A DNA stretch of 64,000 nucleotides from Botryllus schlosseri (lineage: Eukaryota), in assembly GCA_051294905.1 (NCBI GenBank), contig CM119381.1:2232001-2296000 (forward strand), given 5' to 3'. The position numbers and the translations under genes were made by a program. Under the pieces are notes generated by a model that was not told the origin of the DNA, did not search any database, and worked only from the letters and a program-made list of their open reading frames with translations. Each line of letters opens with the position of its first letter. Within the stretch, counting starts at the first letter, position 1. Shown one piece after another: positions 54,032 to 64,000 of this stretch.

Positions 54032-54446
54032 TAGGGTTGCATTTAAAACAAAAATCAATTAACAACAAACATGTTTTTAATTGGTTTTTTATGTTTTTTA
54101 AGCAATGACGTCACGAATATTCAATTGTGACGTCATAGTGGATTGACATTGACAATTGAAGAAATAGGGTAAAAATAGCTCCTTTGACGAAAATATGTAC
54201 TATTGCTGTTGAACCGACTATTTCGAGCGTTCCAACCATCCCACATCGATATACATCGGCTACATCGGTTGGTAATTGTCCGTAGGCTCATACAATTTGT
54301 TTTTTTGTGAAGTATTTACACAATTATGGCTTAATTTTACAACTTAAAAAACACACAATTTTTTAAGGGGCCTTTTTTTAAAACACTGTTCAAAACATGT
54401 TTTAAACAAAGTGTTTTAAATCACCGTTTTTTAAAATGCAACCCTA
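54032..54446. mobile_element. hAT MITE, family D
   Basis: TIR tagggttgcattt versus aaatgcaacccta; perfect TSD ggtctaac (54024-54031 and 54447-54454); inverted relative to 39857-40289. Confidence 0.95.
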
Positions 54447-57400
54447 GGTCTAACTCCTCCCGAATCACGCCAAAATTCTGCTTTGGCGCATGTTTCTCTG
54501 GGCACCCGTACCTAATACAGCTAATGAACATAGGAGCCTTCGGATTCCCACCCTAGTCAATATTGTCAAAAGAATGCAAGAAAATTTATAACCTCGAGTT
54601 GTCACTATTATTAATGGATGTGTTTTATGATCCGAATTTTTATTAGATTCCTCGTGCAAAAACAGAAAAACCCATATGAGATTCTTTCATGATAAAATTT
54701 CGAAGATTACATCAAAGCAGATAAATTTTAATTCCAAATATTGTTCCACATATCAACGGTAACTCGAAATCATATTATTCATGCGCTATCCGAAACCAAG
54801 ATCTGTAATCCAGCAGTCTATGCTGGCTTATTTTCGTTCGAGAGTGTTTGTAAATAGAAAATCGAATAATTTGTAGAAATATATGATGGTGTAAAGCCAA
54901 CTTTGCAGTCATTTAGCGACAAAGAGATACCATGCAAGGTCTCCACACCCGCAAAATCAACACTCACCTATTTAGTTGCTGAATCGGCTTAATCCAAATC
55001 GAGAATTCTCTGGATGATGAGCGTCTATCCATGGTAATAGCAGAACCCGATTTGATTTGATGAGTGGCAACATTGCAAAGGCAAACATTGTATTTTAATA
55101 GCTCAATTATTGAAAATGTATCAGATTCGTGAACCGGGGCTAGAAACCTTCATCAAACTATCCCCATTATGATAACTTTTGCTTCGATGCTACCCAATAA
55201 AGATCGTGAGTCAGCACCTAATCCTCGCAAATCTGATGATCAATCGGCCGTCCGTCCGTTTGGAAAAGCGAGAAAAACACCGGTTGATTCACGTTTAATT
55301 CGCGCGTACCAGCTGTGTCCGCGTACGAGAATCGGCAAATCCACCTGAAAAAAACCTCGCCTCTTTAGAAAACCATTGAAAGGCGAGGCAAATGTAAAGA
55401 GATACGGAGAAAGGTGTATCATTGAGCGCGTTTATTTTCTCTAGGAGAAATTAGGGTACTTCCTTCGCGTACACAGTTACTATGACATTTACATGAGCAA
55501 TATAAGGCTGATGACAAAACCAAGCGGCATACATATTGAGTCGTGACTCAATCGTTGATAGAACGTACTGACACAATTGAAATAAAACACACAGGACCCT
55601 TGACTCAGCCATATATCATATGACGAGAGTCGAAAACACAATATAGCGACTGGAAAGCTGTGACGGCGGCCCGCATGACGCCAAACAAGGCCGTTATGCC
55701 TGCCGGGTTGGATTAGGATGGATAGGGATTCCAGGAAGGAACAGCGTGTTGTGGATTATTATTATTACTCCACGCTCGTGGACGGCGTATAGTTCACCGC
55801 TGAATGAATGTCACTATTATTATTACAGATTTGAAATTCCGTTACGGTGTGATTACGTTTCCTGAACCCTGTGCCAAATTCACACACTACCATTTACGCC
55901 TCGCGAACTGATAAGAACCGCAGTACGGAAAAGTCGTATCATTTCATCACCTCTAATGACCGAAAGGTCGCTGTAATTAATACGATAAAAACAAGATCTG
56001 CCGTGTCTCGGGACAAAAACAAGTCTGGCCAATATCGTCATATGAGTAGGACTAGTTACAAGGCTAGACAACGTCTGCGATTCATTATGGGCGTGTGAAA
56101 CTTGTGCGATTTCCCATTGTGTCGTAGTAAATCGCGGCGCGGCATGCGTCAAAATGCTGAATAACAAGTCACCATTCCATTTAAAGCGGGGCTGACAAAT
56201 CCCAAATGCGGACTGTCGATTCGAAAAGTCTGACTGCGTTCTAGGCAACATCGACCACTGATAGCAGACACATATATATGATCCCTTGGACCATTGCAAG
56301 GAAAATCTTACTTGTACAGTAAAATAATTCGTATCCTTTTGCAAGACGAGTGTAGATTTAGAATGATAGCTGTCATGATCACTGATAGAACATAAAATAA
56401 AATCAAGTTAATATCTTGTATTGTATATGTCCCTGCCTTACCGCACACCCTCTATACAGTCTATAGTGACCTTGCAGTGCATGCGCTACAATCAATTTTG
56501 TGTTGAATGTTGTATTTTTGAACAACGGCCGGCGAAAAAATCATTTGAAATCGCAAAGCAGAAGAGGTTGCAGACCCCGCCTTGGAAATAATTCCCCACA
56601 ATTAATACCGTTTGGCATTTAATAAATGATGGACTGCTTAACCATGTTTTCGATAGTTATATGGTAACTTTCTTGTGGGAAGTTGTAAAATTACCAGAGT
56701 TACATCGAACGCGCGCTTTGCATTAGTTGTGGAACAAGCCGTTGAGGAGATATCGGTGGTATTATGGTATTTTGACAATAATTTTTTTTTTCAGCGAGTT
56801 TTTAAAAAAACATTCATTGCTCACACAATTCATTCGATTCCAGAACAAGCAGCATTTCCTAAAGCGCTGCAGAATTACAGAGATTTTCCATGAAGGACAC
56901 AGCGGAAGTCTTAATTTCGCAGCTTGAGAGTTGGTACGGCTCCCGAACTGTTGACAACAGCTTTCAGTCACGATGGTCGTAGTACAAAACAGGAAATGGG
57001 TGCGTTCTTTCAGGGAAGGGCGATTCGAAAGAATGTTGACGACTTATTCGGTAAAATCCGCAGCTCACGTGACGCGGAATTGTGACAAAACAACCCAACT
57101 TATTGACGGCAGGAGGTTAGCTTCGCGACTTTGCAGTTACCTACGCTCGGGATAAACAAGGTTTTCGTAAATAAACCATTTGTTAGCGTTGACGTCATTC
57201 ACCCTTCCTGAACCCTGGTACCGTATAACACCGGCTTTAAGCGTCGTCATGTTTTCTTGTTTGTCAAGTCTATGATTTATTTGATCAATCCGTCATCTTC
57301 CGCCGTAGCAAATATTCGCGAACGGATTCGTGCGGCGTGTGTGCGCCTACTTTTTCTCAGAATGAATTCCGGGTAATATCGGGTGTAACCGAACTATGGT

Positions 57401-57685
57401 TGTGCAAAAGGCAAAGACCGTGAACCACTCCGTATTTCTCCGTGATAACAGCGATGGATTTTTTTTATTTTGTTTCGCTGAGAAAGGATTCGGGTCGCTG
57501 CGAATAACTTCATGAACGTTTTCTGCCGCCTCCCACAATAAAGGCGTTGCGTATTAACAGATAAATTCGTGTAACAGTACAAGAAACTGACTCGTGAATA
57601 ATTATTATGATAGTCGTAGATGTAAGCGATATGTGGTCTATCGTTTCATAATTTATAAGAGATCGTGGATACCCAGTCTAAATGC

Positions 57686-57840
57686 TAGGGCTATATGCAC
57701 AATGATTCGAGTTCTCTAATCTGAATCGGGTACTAATTCTAATAATTCGAGTCGTATAGTGAGAGATGATATTTTCGCTCCTTGCGACTAAGATTTAATA
57801 TATCAATGAGAATTATTGGTTCGAAACTATTTCCAACTGC
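57686..57840 (-). mobile_element. Family B MITE end, truncated
   Basis: tagggctatatgcacaatgattcgagt...ctgaatcgggta matches the 40649 end; similarity stops at the GTGAAC cluster. Confidence 0.7.
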
Positions 57841-57844
57841 AAAC

Positions 57845-57930
57845 TAGGCATGGTGTGAACGTGAGGTTCACGTTCGCGTTCCGTGTGTGAACCTCGCATA
57901 TTTGGAGGTTCACGTTCACAAACGAACCTT
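57845..57930. repeat. GTGAAC/GTTCAC repeat cluster, probable hAT MITE end
   Basis: taggcatggtgtgaacgtgaggttcacgttcgcg...gtgaacc...ggttcacgttcac; no partner end found. Confidence 0.5.
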
Positions 57931-58625
57931 ATATAGTAGGTTCTGAACTGTGAAACCTTTCCATTTATTACAACTTTCATGCCATTATAATTTCATTGGA
58001 TGAAACTCTTTGCATTTTAACTTCAGACCACCTTACGAATGGCGCTGGCAGCATAAAAAATCAACACGAAACGAGCATTTACTTGCTTTGTTACAAAAGT
58101 TTTGCTCGGAATATTCAGCTTTCTGTTCGTGAATATGTAGTGACTCTCTGCTGTGAGCTTGGCTTACAATCACAAAACATCAAGAACGAATTAGGCAGTC
58201 ACCGAATGATGCTTATTCAATCAATCAACGAATTTGATATAAAGAATCATCGCTGTCTAATATTAAAAATCTAGCTGGCTCACAAGATCAGTCTTGATTT
58301 GATGGGTTTATAATGTTTATTGTATCATAAAAACCAAATCCATGCGATTGTGGTGTTGGCTACTGTATAACTTGTTTGTGGGGTAACATCGGTGGCAAGT
58401 ATAGAAACCCGTTTTACACTCTGCTCAATATCAATGTAAGCAGTAGTTAGACGCCGACTACAGGCCGACTACAGACTAAGACTAAGGCGTAAACTTATAT
58501 TCTCTTGCTAGTCCTCGTCGAAATTGTTGGGAAAGCGACGGAAATTATTGATTTCATGGGATTATCATAGCATTTGATTGCTCCAGGTAATAGGCTATAT
58601 TAGGGGATGTTTAAAATGTCAGCAT

Positions 58626-59147
58626 GAGGGCTGGGCAAAATCAAGAACCTCGGTGATTCGATTCCGAATCGCGTAATATGCTTCGAGTCGGGTCGGGTAA
58701 TTGAGTATCACTCATTATGACGTCATAACAGTACGTAATATGTGAAATTTCAAATATGTACCTTTTTATGCTACCACAAAGAATATAAGGCCTGTTATCT
58801 ATCACAATAAAGGTAGGCTACTTTGGAATTTTCCGACCATACCGATTCTATTGCATTTGGTGACAATGTTGTGGGACAATCAGGATTTCGTAAACGTGCT
58901 AGTTCCAGTAACGTTCGTAGCTTTGTACTACATGATTCGTATGCTACTATACGGCTAATCAAGGTTTCAAGGCTTCAACAGTGAAAATCACTGTCGAAGC
59001 TATTATTCTCGTATTTCAATTAACTTGCAGTGGCGAGGAGCGTATAATTTTAGTACTCGAAAAAATCGTATTTTACTACTCGACTCGAATCATCACAATT
59101 ATTACCCGATTCAGAATCGAGTACTCGAATCATTGTGCCCAGCCCCA
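58626..59147 (+). mobile_element. hAT MITE, family B
   Basis: Ends gagggctgggca and tgcccagcccca; full-length inverted homolog of 40649-41171; TSD gtcagcat versus gttaacac (5/8, all differences transitions). Confidence 0.9.
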
Positions 59148-59959
59148 GTTAACACGTACTTCAGCATTGTGGAATAATGTGGCCTGAGCGTAGATAGGTA
59201 GGTTATCGTGTATCACGTACATTAATATATCACGTCACTGAAATGTAGGGTTCGAAACAGCAATATGACGTCACGCACGTTGGTGGAAATGACATATCAG
59301 TGAAGTTGTGATCTATCCAAAGCATTGCCACATAGTACAATGGAAGAGGCATGATCGAAAATATCAAATAATCTTTAATATGATGTAAAGCTGACATTTA
59401 CCATTTCAAGCCTCATTTGACAAGTAGGCCTATATCTTCACAAGATATCGCGATTTAAAGCTCGCATGACAGAATATTTTTGATTGAAGTTGCATCGACA
59501 GTGCGGATAACCCATCTCGATATAGGTATTGTTGACATAAATGCATTAAAAATCCCATTTTCGAACTTACCCATCAAAAATTAATGCCACCAACCCGAAA
59601 ATACTTGAAACGAAATCCCCTGATTGACGCGAGTGGCTCCGGGGGAAATGGGTGCACGCAGGGCCGTAGGTACGAACGACATCAATCGATCAGCGAGAGA
59701 GTATTGCCCACGCGCATTGAACTCTTGCGATCTTTTGTGAGATGAAGGATCGTACGTGATTGCGGTCAACGATAGAAGTTATTTTCAGTCGAGTCCGCAA
59801 AACTGGGTCAGTTGCGATCACAGACCAAGTCAACTGTTGGAAGACTATTGTAAAATCCAATACACAATATAGCCAACGTACATCACGAGTATTGTTTTTG
59901 GGGTTGGGTTTGAATTAGATTAGAGCATAACCTCCGAGTCCAGTATGAATGATGTGGAA

Positions 59960-60290
59960 AATTAGAATATGTACCTTTTATGCAACCACAAAGAATAAAT
60001 GCAAGTTCTAGGCTGCATTGTCGATTATTTGTTATTTTTTCGACCCTGCCTATTTCATTGCATTCTGTGACAGTGCTGTGGGCTGATAACGAGTTCGCAG
60101 ATATGTTATTTCTACTAACGCGCGTAGCTTTGTAATACACTTTTTGTATGCTCCGATACGACCGGTTGAGGCTCACAGATTCCATTATAATTCACGTTGA
60201 CAAATTGACTCTTAATGCCCAAGAGCGTGTAATTTCAGTCCTCGAAAAATCATCCCTCACTTCGACTCGAATAATCAGAATTCAGAGACT
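59960..60290 (+). mobile_element. Degenerate family B internal fragment
   Basis: atatgtaccttttatgcaaccacaaagaata ... gagcgtgtaatttcagtcctcgaaaaatc...ttcgactcgaat is collinear with 58750-59100. Confidence 0.65.
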
Positions 60291-60598
60291 CATAGTTTTG
60301 CTGTTGAATGCAAAGATTCCGATTTAAAACCTTCAAATGGTGGGGTGTTTCAGTATTATGTATAATGCGTCGATGTGGATAGTACACTATCTGTAGTCCT
60401 TTTCACTCCTTCCAGTCTCGTCATTAAATTATAATACCGGCATATTTTTGAATGATTTGATATCCGGGGAATGATGAATGTGCTGGCTCGAACCCACACA
60501 GTGGCAAAGGCGTGCGAATCGTGTTCGCACATTTGCATGCGGCGTGGCTTGAGGCACTGTAAAAGATTCGAGTTTCAAATTGATATAACGTCTACGAT

Positions 60599-60849
60599 AG
60601 GAGGTACAGAACTTCAATATACAATTGAATAGTATATTCATATTGAAATGAACTCGAAATATTTTGGGCTGACACTCGTCAGGGGTAATCGTCAGCAACT
60701 AGTAGAGAATTGTAAAGAACATTGTATATATGCGATTGTTGATATACACTGTTCTTTCCAATTCTCTTCTAGTTGCTGACGATTACCCCTGACGAGTGTT
60801 AGCCGAAAAATATTCAGGTTCATTTCAATATGAATATGCTATTCAATTG
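60599..60849. mobile_element. Foldback family A, full-length reference copy with leader
   Basis: Two ~108-bp arms (60622-60730 and 60742-60849), about 90% complementary by eye, around an ~11-nt loop; preceded on one side by ggaggtacagaacttcaata. Confidence 0.92.
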
Positions 60850-61785
60850 CAACAATATTTCAGTAACCCAGTAGAACGTGCAGTTAGAGATGGGCTTCGA
60901 GGTCTTTACTTCAAAACTTTTGCTTTTGACTTCGTAATGAATCGGCGAGTACATTACTTTGTTCCCTGGTGACAGGTACCAGATGAAAAAGAATTCATTT
61001 TTGAAAGACGCGGCAAAGAGTTAATATTCCTTCACTGCGCTGACAATTTAATCCTGCTGTAGTGGAAGGCTGCATTGCAAATTTCACGACACCGTCTCCC
61101 ACGTATTGAAAAGTCCGAATGAGATTCGAACCTCAAGTAACCACGGAAATACGGAAGGTATAAACTTCGGCCTACCAGCACTGTGATGTTATAACTTCGA
61201 AACTCTAAATATTAAATTGTCTGACAAAATCAGCTAATAGAGATTTGGTCAAGAAGTATTTTCCCAAAGTGTACGTCATTTGTGGGTCTCTCAACGTTCA
61301 CGTCTCCTGTTATGGGTCCGGATGTGATAAGACGGGGGTAGGGGCGCAAGTGCCAGTTTTATGAAAATACTTTAAGCCGGGAACATGTATTATACCAGTG
61401 CCGCCCGTATCCGTCCAATCAGGTTTATGCTGGCCTGACCACTAGCGCAGCAAGAACTTACAGAAAGCAACCATGTTATTCGTACTAAATACAGCTTTCA
61501 TTACACGACGCTCTCCATTCCAGCATCAGTCTTTCTTAACGGGGTGCGCTGTATACTACGATTTGTGGGTTTTATAGCCCCGCAAAGAAGATAATGCAGA
61601 CAGACGAATTTCCAAAATTCAAGTAGTTTTGAAGGTGCAATATAGCGTAGCTTAACGCAATGCAGCACATTCTATACTGCTGCACAATTCTTCATACGGT
61701 AATATGTACCTAAGTTAGCATTTGGTGCTAACACTTGTCGGGTATATTACGGAGTTATAAATGACATATATTAGTTATATATTCA

Positions 61786-61890
61786 ACATACAATGTTCTT
61801 TCCAATTCTCAACTATAGTTGCCGACGATTACCGCTGAAGAGTGTCAGCCAGGATTATTCGGGTTTATTAATAATAATATATTATTCAAT
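61786..61890. mobile_element. Foldback family A, right arm
   Basis: aatgttctttccaattctc...agttgccgacgattacc...gagtgtcagcc...attcgggttt. Confidence 0.75.
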
Positions 61891-62857
61891 AGTTTTAGGC
61901 ATTATAGTTGAGGTATATTTTAAATCAGGTCATTCAAGTTTCTTTCACAAATTACATACCAGTTACTTACTTTTAACGAGTAATATGGCGCCCTCTACTT
62001 GCGAGAATGCTGAATTATATCCCCTTACCAATTCTTGAGGGAGATTAAATTGTTAAAGAATGCGAACCCACTCGTCGATATACATGTGAAGTAGGTAATA
62101 TGAGACAGTCACAGTGAGAAACCATTTAGATAACTTCTCGCAACGTGAATTATTCTCTGCTATTTAATTCAAATCGCATTACACGGTGCCGTGTGTACGG
62201 TACGCTGCTGTAGGTTCATTCCGATTCGTTCGCAGCAGAGACCAACTGTTTTCAGTCAAAATCCGTAGCTAGATGTCAATCGGGCGTATTGTTTACCGGC
62301 TTAACGCAACGCTACCCCTGGTTAGACCCATAAAAGACCTCTAGGACCTATAAGATTATGGGGCTCTAGCCACGAGTGCTGTCACCATCAAATTACCGTA
62401 GAATGAAAACACGCGATTATACCCAAAACAAACGGGACGCTCTTAAGCAAATAAATCGACCCAAATCTGACAGATGAATTCACGCCAATGTTGTTCTAAC
62501 CTATTTACCAACATAGCGTGGCGACAGCCTACTTGGCTTCGATCATGCAGCAGAGTTGGGTATAAGCTAATCGTTGTACGCCAACATACCATCACTGTTT
62601 ATCAAGATCACTGCCATTACACCAAATCAAGTGAAACAAAACATTTTTTCTCTGCAACCGTTTCACCGTATCAGGATTAGAAATAATCTCTCATCATTAT
62701 AGATGTGACTTATTATATACTAATTCAACCAACCCCATGCGACAAAGATCGCGACGGATTGGCTCAGCACGTGAATTTGTAATGGGGCCAAAACTTGAAA
62801 CATTTTGACGAACGACTGCACAGATTGTAAATAAATTGTCCAGACTCCCATCAAGAG

Positions 62858-63395
62858 CATTGGTTCTTAACCAGGGTCCATACGAACCTCAGGGGTGCGT
62901 TGAGACAGTCTCAGCAGTTCGCTTGAGGTCAAGACACATACCAGACTCATGCAGCAGACGTTTTTATTATAATATTTTCGTTTTGTGTGGTGTGGAAATT
63001 ATGTTATATTGTAGTTGTCCTTTTCACACTCTTGGCAATAATAGACAGCTCTCAAGATTGCCGGACCTGACATATCGACCTCGTCTACCGGCACATGCCC
63101 ATTCATTTTCGTCGCTTCCTTTTATGCTATCCTCTCTTAAGTCCGGTGTGCATGCCTCTTATGTACAAGTACATGCTCAAAGTCGTTTCCGCACCCTCTT
63201 ATCTTTTCATCATATCGCAATTTTGTGGTGTATTGATTTGTTGAAAAATTTGATTAAATGTTCATGACGTACCGTTCATTTTGTGCACCAGTCGTGTATT
63301 AGATGTGTAATCTTCTAAATTTTTAGCGAAACTTGGGGTTCATAGAAGGCCTTCAGATTTGCGTTCGTCAGGATACTAAAGGTTAAGAACCACTA
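62858..63395. mobile_element. hAT MITE
   Basis: TIR cattggttcttaacc versus ggttaagaaccacta (13/15); TSD eroded (atcaagag and atacagaa); an internal segment resembles the reverse complement of ~6810-6870. Confidence 0.75.
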
Positions 63396-64000
63396 ATACA
63401 GAAGTAATACTCGCCTCATTAAGATATTTCAACTAACCGGGAAACTGTGGAAACACCTAAATTCTAGCTTCTATCACTATTAAATTATGAATTGCACTCC
63501 TAGATATCACCCAAGGTCAACGCAGTACGTCTGTAATTACAACAGGTAATGTATGTCTAGGCGTCATGTTCGACGCGTAGAATTTGGTCGACCGGGAAAC
63601 GTGGATTGTTGGCTTTGCTAAAATACGATTACAATTCCCTTTTAGCCATTGAAACAGCAAATCTACACAAATCGTATTGTTTGCTAGGATTTCGAGCCAT
63701 TGTTGATATTGTGTAACCAACAGATAGTTCCTATCAACCACGCCACGGCATCAATTACAACAACGGTTCTGGCGATGAATAAAAGTTGATCGAACCCGCC
63801 TGAACTCCGGTCAGCTGCGATTTTTTCCGCTTGCCGTTCCCATAAGAAAAAAGGCTGCTACGTCATCCACTGTAAACAGATGCCACTCGCTTATTCAGAA
63901 TTGGATACGCGATCGCGTCATTGCTCCGTGGCCGGCACTTCGAGCAGCGATTGCCCAGCTGTAACTCGACTTAACCCTCTTCTACTGAGTAATATATGAG

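Noticed and set aside
55880-56344. 154-aa minus-strand ORF
   Set aside because: No recognisable motif or coding-like composition.
56923-57050. Candidate 128-nt exon (LRVGTAPELLTTAFSHDGRSTKQEMGAFFQGRAIRKNVDDLF)
   Set aside because: The open frame sits between ag and gt sites and reads as protein-like, but I cannot assign a family; it needs RNA-seq.
61070-61190. Minus-strand B-box-like GGTTCGAATC as a second SINE or tRNA
   Set aside because: No clear A box, cloverleaf or second copy in the window.
63803-63964. Death-domain-like motif (LIQNWIRDRVIAPWPALRAAIAQL)
   Set aside because: Only a short W..W..L..A pattern matches; the upstream helices are absent and a stop codon lies just upstream.

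Overview
AT-rich eukaryotic genomic DNA with abundant CpG, most likely from an invertebrate; an ascidian or other marine deuterostome is a guess. I recognise no protein-coding gene: the ORF track looks like chance ORFs, and there are only a few weak candidate spliced exons. The window is dominated by short non-autonomous mobile elements. These include at least 10 hAT-type MITE families defined by terminal inverted repeats (TIRs) and 8-bp target-site duplications (TSDs), a tRNA-derived SINE family and a ~230-bp foldback family with about 10 copies or fragments. Elements are nested up to three deep, most densely between 34.6 and 42.4 kb. The most unusual signal is a set of 24-34 bp near-perfect palindromes flanked by 7-bp direct repeats (16585, 26650, 36940, 41203). 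One is shown to be an insertion by an empty paralogous site in the same window. They resemble P-element-superfamily excision scars or ultra-minimal transposons.
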